Shown here piece after piece: positions 48,047 through 56,957 of a DNA stretch of 59,117 bases (position 1 is the first letter of the stretch; every line of letters starts with the position of its first letter). Origin of the DNA: Armatimonadota bacterium (GTDB lineage Bacteria > Armatimonadota > Zipacnadia > Zipacnadales > UBA5352). The DNA lies in the NCBI GenBank assembly GCA_034722055.1, contig JAYENL010000284.1:1-59117 (forward strand), given 5' to 3'. The position numbers and the translations under genes were made by a program. The notes under the pieces are model-generated. The model did no database searches. It was not told the origin of the DNA and saw only the letters and a list, made by a program, of their open reading frames with translations.

Positions 48047-49096
48047 ATGAGCTACGAACGCGGCTGGCAGGCGCTCAACCTGCAGATGCCCGACAGGATA
48101 CCGCATACCGAGTATGTCTCAAACCCCGAGTGGGTCAAGCGCCTCACGGGCCTGGACCCGCGCAATTCCGACGAGGCGGCGGAGGCGAACCTGGCGCTGA
48201 TCCGGGAGTGGGATTTCGACGTGCGCTGGTTCACCATGGCGCCGCCGGGGCAGCCGCGGATGACGCACATGGGCACCGCGGTGTGGAGCGAGGACTACGA
48301 GGTGGTGGACAACCGGGAGTGCCCCTTCGCCGGCCCGGAGGACGTGCTCGACTTCGATCCCGTTGCGGAGATCGGCGTGCCGCCCCACGAGGAGCTGGTG
48401 GAGCACTACTCCCGGACGTGGCGGGCCGCGCAGGATCAAACGCCCACATGCGTTGTGCCCGGGGGCTTCTACAACACGGTCTTCACCTGGTGCATCCTCA
48501 CCTTCGGCTGGGACCTGTTCCTCACCGCCGCCGCGCTGGACGAGGACCGCTTCGACCGCGTGCTGGAGGGCTTCTTCGAGCTGTCCATGGCCACCTTCCG
48601 CGCCCAGGCCCAGTGCGGCTGCGAGGTCTTCATCTGTCACGATGACATCGTGTGGACCGAGGGCGCCGTCTTCCGCCCCCAGTGGTACCGGGAGCACGTC
48701 TTCCCGCGCTATCGCAAGCTCTGGCAGCCGCTCAAGGACGCCGGCATCATCATTCTGTTCTGCTCCGACGGCGACTTCACCGAGTTCATTGAGGACCTGG
48801 CCGACTGCGGCGCCGACGGCTTCATCTTCGAGCCCCTCACCGACCTGGAGTACGTGGTCGAGCGCTACGGGCAGGAGAAGGTTATCATCGGCAACGTGGA
48901 CTGCCGCGTCCTGATGACGGGGTCGGAGGAGGACATCCGGGCCGAGGTGGAGCGCTGCGCCTCCCTGGGCCGCGACTGCCCCGGCTACTTCTTCGCCGTC
49001 GGCAATCACATCCCATACAATGTCCCGGTGCAGAGCATCGCAGTCTATGCCGAGGCCATCCGGGAGCTGGGTCGCCGCAATGAGCGAGGTGGATGA
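48047..49096 (+). CDS. uroporphyrinogen decarboxylase (URO-D/MtaA-like) family protein
   Basis: PDRIPHTEY, HDDI.W..G.VF.P.W, FCSDGD, FEP.TD, IGNVD, GNHIP.NVP; start ATG 48047. Confidence 0.85.
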   Translation: MSYERGWQALNLQMPDRIPHTEYVSNPEWVKRLTGLDPRNSDEAAEANLALIREWDFDVRWFTMAPPGQPRMTHMGTAVWSEDYEVVDNRECPFAGPEDVLDFDPVAEIGVPPHEELVEHYSRTWRAAQDQTPTCVVPGGFYNTVFTWCILTFGWDLFLTAAALDEDRFDRVLEGFFELSMATFRAQAQCGCEVFICHDDIVWTEGAVFRPQWYREHVFPRYRKLWQPLKDAGIIILFCSDGDFTEFIEDLADCGADGFIFEPLTDLEYVVERYGQEKVIIGNVDCRVLMTGSEEDIRAEVERCASLGRDCPGYFFAVGNHIPYNVPVQSIAVYAEAIRELGRRNERGG

Positions 49097-50064
49097 GCGT
49101 GGACTACGAGCTGACCGACTTCGCACAGGTGCCTGACCTCGTCCCGCAGGTGACAAGCCTCACGAACGCGGCCTTCGCGGAGTACGAGGGCGCCATGGAG
49201 GTCAGCGAGCAGTGGACCGACTGGTATCTGCAACGTCCCGGCACCGACCCGAAGCTCTGCCAGGCCGCGCTCGATGACGGCAAGCTCGTCTCGCAGGTGA
49301 TCGTCTGCCAGCAGGACCTGCAGCTTGGCGGGGAGCTGCTGCGCTGCGGCATCGTTGACAGCGTCGCGACGGAGCCCGGGCATCGCAGGCGGGGACTGGC
49401 CCGAGCGCTCATGGAGCGCGCTCACGAGGCCATGCAGGAGGCAGATATCGACGCTGCGGTGCTCTACACGAACCCCGAGGATCATCCCTATCGCTTCTAT
49501 CTCCGGCTGGGCTATCGCGAGCGGGCCCGGGCCGCAATGCTCGTGGGGCCGTGGCCTGCCGAGAGCGGCTGCGGCGCCCTCCCGGTTGACGCCGCCGAGC
49601 ACCGGGCGGGCCTGTGTGATCTGCTGAACGAGTACTACGTCGGTCACGAGGGCTACAGCCCCGGCTGCCGGGAGCTGTGGCGGTGGCACAAGCTGGAGGC
49701 GCCGTCGCCGCCGACCGTCGTCGCGGAGCTGACCGGGGCGGGGCCGGCCTCGACCGCCAGCTTTGCCCGGGCGTCGGTGCGGATAGGCGGCAGGCAGCAC
49801 ACCGTCTCGCTGGCATATGACATCGCGGCCGAGGTGATGAACCCCGAGCAGTACGGCGGTCTGCTCTCCACGGCACCACGCGAGACGGTGGCCCTGCTTC
49901 TCGACGAGGACTCTCCTGAGCGCCGGTGGGCCGACGATCTGGGCTTCGAGCCACAGATCGCGGAGGTGTCCATGGTGCTGCCGCTGGGGCGCGAAGCGTC
50001 GCTGGCCCTGCAGGAGCGCTCAGGCCCGTGGTACGTGATGGTCGAGAGCGTGGTCGGTGTGTGA
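49093..50064 (+). CDS. GNAT family N-acetyltransferase
   Basis: VAT.P.HRRRGLARALM acetyl-CoA motif, FY.RLGY; ATGA overlap with upstream gene. Confidence 0.85.
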   Translation: MSVDYELTDFAQVPDLVPQVTSLTNAAFAEYEGAMEVSEQWTDWYLQRPGTDPKLCQAALDDGKLVSQVIVCQQDLQLGGELLRCGIVDSVATEPGHRRRGLARALMERAHEAMQEADIDAAVLYTNPEDHPYRFYLRLGYRERARAAMLVGPWPAESGCGALPVDAAEHRAGLCDLLNEYYVGHEGYSPGCRELWRWHKLEAPSPPTVVAELTGAGPASTASFARASVRIGGRQHTVSLAYDIAAEVMNPEQYGGLLSTAPRETVALLLDEDSPERRWADDLGFEPQIAEVSMVLPLGREASLALQERSGPWYVMVESVVGV

Positions 50065-50079
50065 TGGGGAGGCGACACC

Positions 50080-50961
50080 ATGAGAGCTGAGACGAGCCCC
50101 GAGGTGGATTACGACCGGTGTGTGCGGTGCGGGCGGTGTGTGGCAGTCTGCGCCGCCGACCTCCTGGAGATGGGTAAGGAGGGCCCGGAGCCGATCGGAT
50201 TCTGTCCCTGCTTCGTGTGCGGACATTGCGTTGCCGTCTGCCCCACTGAGGCCATCAGCCATCCGGACATGCCGCCGGAGGGGTTTGTCGAGCTGGCACC
50301 CGCGGAGGAGGCGATGGACGTTGAGCAGTTGTGGGACCTGCTCCGCCGGCGGCGAAGCGTCCGCCAGTACACCGACGAGCAGGTGCCCGAGGATGTGGTC
50401 ATGGAGCTCATCGAGGCCGCCACGCTGGCACCCAGTGCCCTCAACGAGCAGGAGTGGCATTTCACCGTCATCCGCGACCCGGCGCGCCTCCAGCGCATCC
50501 GCCGCCGCATCGTCGCCATCTACTCCAACGTCGTCAAGATGCTGAAGAGCCGCATCAACCGCCTTACGCTCCGGCTCATGATTGGCTCGGAGGCCATGGA
50601 TCTGCTGGAGGAGGCCGAGCCGGTGATCCGGCGAATCGTGGAGGCCTACGACGAGCATGAGGACCGCATCCTGTGGGACGCCCCCACGCTCATCGTGGTC
50701 CACTCGCCGGAGGGCGATCCCACCGCCGCGGAGAGCTCCCACTACGCGACGGCGAACATGATGCTGCTGGCCACCGCTATGGGCCTGGGCACATGCCTCA
50801 TCGGCTTCGTCACTGAGGTGGCGGAGCGCGACGAGCGGCTCAAGCAGTACCTCCGGGTCCCGGAGCACCATCACGCCGATGCTGCGCTGGTGGTCGGCTA
50901 TCCGGACGTTCAGTTCCTGAAGTCGGTTGCCAAGCGAGAGCCCCCAATCGAAATCATCTGA
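50080..50961 (+). CDS. nitroreductase with N-terminal 4Fe-4S ferredoxin domain
   Basis: CVRCGRCVAVC / CFVCGHCVAVCP, RRSVRQY, APSA.N.Q.W.F, GLGTC.IG. Confidence 0.92.
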   Translation: MRAETSPEVDYDRCVRCGRCVAVCAADLLEMGKEGPEPIGFCPCFVCGHCVAVCPTEAISHPDMPPEGFVELAPAEEAMDVEQLWDLLRRRRSVRQYTDEQVPEDVVMELIEAATLAPSALNEQEWHFTVIRDPARLQRIRRRIVAIYSNVVKMLKSRINRLTLRLMIGSEAMDLLEEAEPVIRRIVEAYDEHEDRILWDAPTLIVVHSPEGDPTAAESSHYATANMMLLATAMGLGTCLIGFVTEVAERDERLKQYLRVPEHHHADAALVVGYPDVQFLKSVAKREPPIEII

Positions 50962-51124
50962 GACTGAGGTGGGCGCACGCCCGGGGACGTGCGCCCCGCC
51001 CATGCTGCAGACGACCTGCGGGCACTGGTTGAGGCCGCAATGACAGCGGGGCACCCCCGGTGCGATACCCGGGTCGCCCCCGCGAGGTGGACGCGAGGAG
51101 CATCTGACTGCTGGAGGTGCGGCC

Positions 51125-52111
51125 ATGAGCGCCGCGGCGCTGGACTATGTCGAGACGGCCCTGCACGACGGGCGTCGGCTGCGGACGCCCTTCTGGCGCA
51201 TTGATTCCGATCGCGACGGCCCGACGCTGCTGGTTGTGGCGGCGCAGCACGGCAACGAGGTCCAGGGCTCGGAGGTCATCCGGCGCCTCGCCGCGATCTG
51301 CGCCGAGGACCTCGTCGCCGGCACCATGCTCCTGGTGCCCTTCATGAATCTGCTGGCCGTCCGGCATCGCCGCAACAGCATCAAGATCGGGCCGGAGGAG
51401 AAGCACACCGACCTTCACAAGGCGCACAACATCAACGGGCAGTGGCCCGGCGACCCCCGGGGCGGGGACGTCCAGCGCCTGGCCTATGCCCTCGATCATG
51501 CACTTGTGCAGCACTGCACACACGTCATCGACCTGCACTGCTGGTGCAAGTTCTGGGCCACGGCCACGCTGGCGACCGATGACGGCGGGGAGAGCCGCCG
51601 CATGGGGGAGGCCGCCGGCACGCGCTTCATCCGGTGGGGCGACATCCCGTCACCGGAGCAGCCCCAGCTCCGCGCGACTGTGATCCGTCGCGGGGGCGCC
51701 GGCATGGCCATGGAGCTCAGCGGCCAGTACTGCGTCTACGAGCGCGAGGTGCGGACCGGGCTGCAGGCAGTCGGCAATGTGGCGCGGATGCTCGGGATGC
51801 TGCCCGGGGAGCCCGAGCTGCCGCCTGACACCGGCATCGAGGTCACCGACGAGCGCGAGACGGTCGTGGAGGCGCCCTGTGAGGGGCTGTTCGTGGCTGA
51901 TCAGATGCAGCTCGAGCAGCGAATCGAGGCTGGCCAGCGCCTGGGGCATCTCATCCGCGCCGATGATCTATCGGCCATCGAGATAACCGCGCCGGTCGGT
52001 GGCTGGCTGTGGCGCTTCGGCAGCCACCGCCCGGACCCCGACGTCCGCCTCCCCGACCAGCATCCCTGGTCGGATCCCGGCGACCCGCTCGCCAGTATCG
52101 TCAGCACCTGA
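51125..52111 (+). CDS. succinylglutamate desuccinylase/aspartoacylase (M14-like) family protein, paralog 1
   Basis: GPTLLVVAAQHGNE, VP..N, IDLH, catalytic E, biotinyl-like C-terminus. Confidence 0.85.
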   Translation: MSAAALDYVETALHDGRRLRTPFWRIDSDRDGPTLLVVAAQHGNEVQGSEVIRRLAAICAEDLVAGTMLLVPFMNLLAVRHRRNSIKIGPEEKHTDLHKAHNINGQWPGDPRGGDVQRLAYALDHALVQHCTHVIDLHCWCKFWATATLATDDGGESRRMGEAAGTRFIRWGDIPSPEQPQLRATVIRRGGAGMAMELSGQYCVYEREVRTGLQAVGNVARMLGMLPGEPELPPDTGIEVTDERETVVEAPCEGLFVADQMQLEQRIEAGQRLGHLIRADDLSAIEITAPVGGWLWRFGSHRPDPDVRLPDQHPWSDPGDPLASIVST

Positions 52112-52122
52112 GGAGGCCCTGC

Positions 52123-53172
52123 ATGGCGCTTGAGGCCACACTCAACCGCGCGACCGCCACACTCACCGACGGCAGCGAGGTGCACACACCCTGGTGGCAC
52201 ATCGATTCCGGGGGCGAGGGCGAGGCGCTGCTGGTCATCGCCGCCCAGCATGGCAACGAGGTGCAGGGCTGTGAGGTGATCCGCCGCTTCCGAGAGGTCT
52301 GCGAGCGCGAGCTGCGCCGCGGCGAGGTCTTCCTGGTGCCCTTCGCCAACCTCCCCGCGATCCGCCACCGGCGCTCACACACCAGCCTCGGCCCCGAGCA
52401 GCCCTACGGCGACGACCGCGGCCACAACATGAATCGCACCTGGCCTGGCGATCCGGACGGCAATGATACCGAGCGCGTGGCGCACTCGCTGCACGAGGCC
52501 GTGGTTCGCCACTGCTCGCGCTGCCTGGACCTGCACTCCTGGTCGCGCTTCACGGCCACCGCCGCGCTGGCGCGTCGCGACAGCGGCCTCTCCCAGCAGA
52601 TGGCCGAGGCCTCGGCGGTGCGCTTCATCCAGTGGCGCAAGCCACCCAGCGGGCAGAGCGGCGGGAAGACCATCGGGGCGCTCTTCAACGACAGCGGGCG
52701 CGGGGGGCTGACCATTGAGCTGGCGCCCCAGTGGGTGATTCGCGAGAAGGAGGTCGCCGTCGGCCTCCGCGCCGCCACCAACCTCGCCAGACTGTTCGGG
52801 ATGATGGCGGGCGAGCCGGAGCCGCTCGACGGTCCCTGTGTGGAGCTGGGCCCCGAGAAGGAGGACCACGAGGATCGGCTCCACGAGCTCACCGCGCCCT
52901 GTGCCGGGCTGTTCGTGGAAGCAGGGTTGGAGACGTCCGACCACGTGGAGGAAGGGCAGGTCCTGGGGCACATCATTCGTGAGGCCCACCTGGAGAGGGT
53001 CGAGATCACGGCGCCGGCCGCCGGCTGGCTGTGGGAGTACGGCTGCCATCGCCCGAACTGCGATGTGGCGCTGCCCCCGCAGCATCCATGGGCGGATGAG
53101 GGCGACGCGCTGGCGGCGGTGCTGGAGCCCCGGCCCGAAGGGGAGCGGACGGGGGAGAGCACGTCGGCATGA
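52123..53172 (+). CDS. succinylglutamate desuccinylase/aspartoacylase family protein, paralog 2
   Basis: AAQHGNE, NMNRTWPGD..G..TER.A, LDLHS; start ATG 52123 (GAGGAGG RBS). Confidence 0.87.
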   Translation: MALEATLNRATATLTDGSEVHTPWWHIDSGGEGEALLVIAAQHGNEVQGCEVIRRFREVCERELRRGEVFLVPFANLPAIRHRRSHTSLGPEQPYGDDRGHNMNRTWPGDPDGNDTERVAHSLHEAVVRHCSRCLDLHSWSRFTATAALARRDSGLSQQMAEASAVRFIQWRKPPSGQSGGKTIGALFNDSGRGGLTIELAPQWVIREKEVAVGLRAATNLARLFGMMAGEPEPLDGPCVELGPEKEDHEDRLHELTAPCAGLFVEAGLETSDHVEEGQVLGHIIREAHLERVEITAPAAGWLWEYGCHRPNCDVALPPQHPWADEGDALAAVLEPRPEGERTGESTSA

Positions 53173-53247
53173 TACTGGTCTCGGTGCTTCTTGCCGCCAC
53201 GGCCCTGCTCGCTATGCCCGTCCTCGCCGCCGGCGACGCGGCTCCTG

Positions 53248-54549
53248 CTACACGTTGACCACCAGGTCGCGCACCCGCGCCAGCGTCGGCTCGTCGAGCT
53301 CCACGCGGGTAACGACGTACTCAGGCTCGTACTCCATTTCCGAGACGTGCCCCCGCTCGTTGAGCATCTCCATCAGGGCCATGCGGTCATAGGGGATGTG
53401 CAGCGTGACCTCGATCAGGTGCGCGAACATCAGGTCGGACATTCGCCGGCGCAGCTCGTCGAGGCCGTCGCCCTCCAGCGCGGAGATGCGGATGGTGTTG
53501 GGGATGCGGCTCTCCAGCAGACCGAGGCTGCGATCGGAGCTGACGGCGTCGATCTTGTTGAGCGCCGCGATGGTGGGGATCTCCGCGGCGCCCAGCTCCG
53601 CCAGCACTCGTGTGGCGGCCTCGTACTGCTCGTAGGCCGCCGGCACCGACGCATCCACCACGTGCAGCAGCAGATCCGCCTCAGTGGCCTCCTCCAGGGT
53701 GGCCCTGAAGGCCGCGACCACCTGGTGGGGGAGGTCCTGGATGAAGCCGACGGTATCGGTGACCAGGCACTGGCGGCCCTCGTCGAGCTCTATCTTCCGA
53801 GTGGTTGGGTCCAGGGTCTCGAAGAGCCAGTCGCGGACGCTGACCTCCTCGGAGCCCGCCAGGGCATTCAGCAGCGTGGACTTGCCGGCATTGGTGTAGC
53901 CCACCAGCGCCGCGGTGGACAGCCCCGAGCGCCGCCGCGACCGCCGCTCCACCTGCCGGCGCTTCTGGACGTTGTCGATCTCGTCGTCCAGGCGCTGGAT
54001 GCGGCGCCGCAGCGCGCGGCGCTCCACGTCGATCTTCGTCTCGCCCGGCCCGCGCACGCCGATGCCTGTGCCGGCACCGGTGCCGGCAATGCGGTCCATC
54101 ATCCTGCCGCGCCCGGCCAGGCGGGGGAGGGCGTACTGTGCCTGCGCCAGCTCCACCTGCAGCTTCCCCTCCCGCGTGTGGGCGTGCTGGGCGAAGATGT
54201 CGAGGATCAGCTCCGTGCGGTCCAGGACCTTGCACTCCAGGGCCTCGGCGAGGTTGCGGTTCTGAACGGGGGAGAGCTCGCCGTTGACGATCACCAGGTC
54301 CGCCCCCGTCTCCAGCACCTCGCGGCCCAACTCCTCCACCTTGCCCCGGCCGATGAAGGTGCGCCGGTCTGGCTTCTCACGGGGCTGGGTGACCAGATCG
54401 ATGACCTGGGCGCCGGCGGTCTTGGCCAGGTCGATCAGCTCCCGCATCGACCGCCGGCTGCGGCCGTGCAGGTCCTCTATCCCCACGAGGATGGCGCGCT
54501 CTACGCCCGTCTGCTCCTGCTCAGCTCTCTCCTGCTCCGTTCGTCTCAA
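53248..54549 (-). CDS. hflX: GTPase HflX
   Basis: LILDIFAQHA.TREGKLQVELAQ, GPGETK.D, ALVGYTNAGKSTL.N, LFETLDPTTR, DTVGFI; start TTG 54549 (or GTG 54597). Confidence 0.96.
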   Translation of the reverse strand: MRRTEQERAEQEQTGVERAILVGIEDLHGRSRRSMRELIDLAKTAGAQVIDLVTQPREKPDRRTFIGRGKVEELGREVLETGADLVIVNGELSPVQNRNLAEALECKVLDRTELILDIFAQHAHTREGKLQVELAQAQYALPRLAGRGRMMDRIAGTGAGTGIGVRGPGETKIDVERRALRRRIQRLDDEIDNVQKRRQVERRSRRRSGLSTAALVGYTNAGKSTLLNALAGSEEVSVRDWLFETLDPTTRKIELDEGRQCLVTDTVGFIQDLPHQVVAAFRATLEEATEADLLLHVVDASVPAAYEQYEAATRVLAELGAAEIPTIAALNKIDAVSSDRSLGLLESRIPNTIRISALEGDGLDELRRRMSDLMFAHLIEVTLHIPYDRMALMEMLNERGHVSEMEYEPEYVVTRVELDEPTLARVRDLVVNV

Positions 54550-54577
54550 AGCGCGCTCACCTCGCCTCTCGGGCGCT

Positions 54578-55768
54578 CTACCAGCGGATGCCGCCACGTC
54601 TCATGTTCTCGATGGCCTGCTCGATCTGGCCCAGCTTGTCCTGGGCCTTGATGGTCAGCGACATGCGCACGAAGCCCTCGCCGACCGGCCCGTAAACCCC
54701 GCCGGGGATGGCCAGGACCCGGCAGTCGGCCAGCAGCCTGCTCGCGAAGGCCTCGCCCGTCTCCCCCTCGGGGACGGGCAGCCACAGGTAGAAGGCGGCC
54801 CTCGGCGCCTCGATGGGGCAGCCAAGGCTCTGCAGCCCGGCCACCAGGGCATCGCGGCGGCGTCGGTACTCCGCCTGCATCCGGGGTGTGAAGTCCTCAT
54901 AGCTGTCCAGCGCCACGCTGGCGGCGCGCTGCAGGGCCATGAAGGTCCCCGAGTCCACGTTGCTCTTCACCGCGGACAGCGCCGCCACATGCTCGGCGCC
55001 GCCCATGGCCCAGCCCACGCGCCAGCCGGTCATGTTGAAGGTCTTCGACAGCGAGTGCATCTCGATGGCCACGTCCCTGGCGCCCTCCACCTCCAGGATG
55101 GAGTGCGGCCGGTCGCCCTCGTCGTAGTAGACCTCGCAGTAGGCCGCGTCCTGGACGATCACCATGTCATACCGCCGGGCGAAGTCCACCGCCTGCTGGT
55201 AGAACTCCAGCGGCGCCACCGCCCCGGTGGGGTTGTTCGGGTAGTTCAGGAACATCATCTTGGCCTGCTGCCGCACGCCCTCCGGAATGGCCTCCAGGTC
55301 CGGCAGAAAGTCGTTCTCAGGCATCAGCGGCATAGGGAAGGGCGCACCGCCGCACCAGCTCGTCTGCACCCTGTAGACCGAGTAGGCCGGATCAGGCACC
55401 AGCACCACGTCGGCGGGGTCGATGTAGGCCCAGACGATGTGCGCCAGCGCCTCCTTGGCGCCGATGGTGCTCTGGATCTCCCCGTCGGTGCTCACCTCCA
55501 CGCCGAAGCGACGACTGACGAAGTCAGCGATGGCCCGCTTGTAGCCCTCCGTGCCGAACCCGGATTCGTCGTAGGGGTGGGTCTCCGGATCATGCGCGGC
55601 CTCGCAGAGGGCGTCGATGACGAACTGCGGGGTCGGCATGTCCGGGTCACCGATGCCGAAGTCGATGGGCTCGTTGCCCTCCTCGATCATCTTCGTCTTC
55701 AGCGCGGCGACCTCGCGGAAGGGATACGGTGGGATTCGCTGAAGTCGCTGTGCCTGCTCCATGCTCAT
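54578..55768 (-). CDS. dapL: LL-diaminopimelate aminotransferase
   Basis: RL..IPPY.F, DFGIGDPD.PTP, IGAKE, NYPNNPTGA, HSLSKTFNMTGWR.G; adjacent to dapF. Confidence 0.88.
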   Translation of the reverse strand: MSMEQAQRLQRIPPYPFREVAALKTKMIEEGNEPIDFGIGDPDMPTPQFVIDALCEAAHDPETHPYDESGFGTEGYKRAIADFVSRRFGVEVSTDGEIQSTIGAKEALAHIVWAYIDPADVVLVPDPAYSVYRVQTSWCGGAPFPMPLMPENDFLPDLEAIPEGVRQQAKMMFLNYPNNPTGAVAPLEFYQQAVDFARRYDMVIVQDAAYCEVYYDEGDRPHSILEVEGARDVAIEMHSLSKTFNMTGWRVGWAMGGAEHVAALSAVKSNVDSGTFMALQRAASVALDSYEDFTPRMQAEYRRRRDALVAGLQSLGCPIEAPRAAFYLWLPVPEGETGEAFASRLLADCRVLAIPGGVYGPVGEGFVRMSLTIKAQDKLGQIEQAIENMRRGGIRW

Positions 55769-55842
55769 GCTCCCTCGCGTCCGGCTGAAATGCGGCGACC
55801 GTCCGGCAGCCAGCCGGTCGGCCGCTTCCTCATGCTTCCGCC

Positions 55843-56715
55843 TCAGATGCTCGCGGGCGCGATGAGCTCGTCCGGCAGCTCTCCCTGGAAGACCTCCGTC
55901 GCGGGTCCGGTCATGAAGACGTGGTTGTCCTCCCGCCACTCGATCTCCAGCGTGCCCCCCAGCAGCTCCACATCGATGTGGCGATCCGTCCTGTCGTTGA
56001 GGGCGCAAGCCACGCAGGTGGCGGAGGCGCCCGTTCCGCAGGCCAGCGTCTCGCCCGCACCGCGCTCCCAGACCCTCATGCGAACGTGCTCGCGATCCAC
56101 GACCTCGATGAACTCCACATTCGTGCGGTCCGGGAAGGCCGGGTGATGCTCGATAGTCGGCCCCAGCTCCTCCACCGGCGCCTTCTCGACGTCTGGGACG
56201 AGTATGACGCAGTGCGGGTTACCCATCGACACCGCCGTGATGCGCAGGACCTCGCCCGCCACGACCAGCTCCTCATCGATGACCGGCTCGTCGGCTGGCT
56301 GCCCGGTCATGGGGATCTCCCGCCGGGCCAGTCGCGGCTCGCCCATGTCCACCGTCACGGAGGTCACTGTGCCATCCTCGACGGTCAGCGACGGCCTGAT
56401 GATCCCCGCCAGGGTCTCGATCTCCAGCTCCGTCTCCTCGCTCAGTCCATGCTCGTAGATGTACTTCGCCATGGCGCGGATGCCGTTGCCGCACATGTTG
56501 GACTCGGACTGATCGGGGTTGAAGATGCGCATGCGAAAGTCCGCTGTCTCCGAGGGCAGAATCAGGATCAGTCCGTCGCTGCCCACCCCGAAGTGCCGGT
56601 CGGAGACCAGCGCTGACAGCCTCCCCAGGTCGAACCCCGCCACGTCCTGGTCGTGGCCGTCGATGTAGACGTAGTCGTTGCCCAGCCCGTGCATCTTCGT
56701 GAATCGCAGTGGCAT
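55843..56715 (-). CDS. dapF: diaminopimelate epimerase
   Basis: FTKMHGLGND, DRHFGVG.DG, MCGNGIR, SMGNPH, RVWERGAG.TLACGTGA. Confidence 0.97.
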   Translation of the reverse strand: MPLRFTKMHGLGNDYVYIDGHDQDVAGFDLGRLSALVSDRHFGVGSDGLILILPSETADFRMRIFNPDQSESNMCGNGIRAMAKYIYEHGLSEETELEIETLAGIIRPSLTVEDGTVTSVTVDMGEPRLARREIPMTGQPADEPVIDEELVVAGEVLRITAVSMGNPHCVILVPDVEKAPVEELGPTIEHHPAFPDRTNVEFIEVVDREHVRMRVWERGAGETLACGTGASATCVACALNDRTDRHIDVELLGGTLEIEWREDNHVFMTGPATEVFQGELPDELIAPASI

Positions 56716-56730
56716 CTGGCACCCGTCCCG

Positions 56731-56955
56731 TCACTCGTCAGGGCCGCGATTCTCACGGATCGGTCCGATGACCGCTATCGCGCTCTTGAAGATCAGCAGC
56801 GCATCGCTCTTGCACCGCAGCCTGATCGTGAAGGTGTCGAAGGCCTCGACGACACCCCTGAGTGACTTGCCGCTGAGCAGCACGATCTCCACCGGCGTCT
56901 TCGAGGTCCGCACCTCGTTGAGGTACTCGTCCTGGACATGAGGCTTTCCCGACAT
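56731..56955 (-). CDS. hfq: RNA chaperone Hfq (divergent)
   Basis: VQDEYLN..R....V.I.L..G..L.G....FD.F......LIFKSAI; directly downstream of miaA; start ATG 56955. Confidence 0.85.
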   Translation of the reverse strand: MSGKPHVQDEYLNEVRTSKTPVEIVLLSGKSLRGVVEAFDTFTIRLRCKSDALLIFKSAIAVIGPIRENRGPDE

Positions 56956-56957
56956 GG

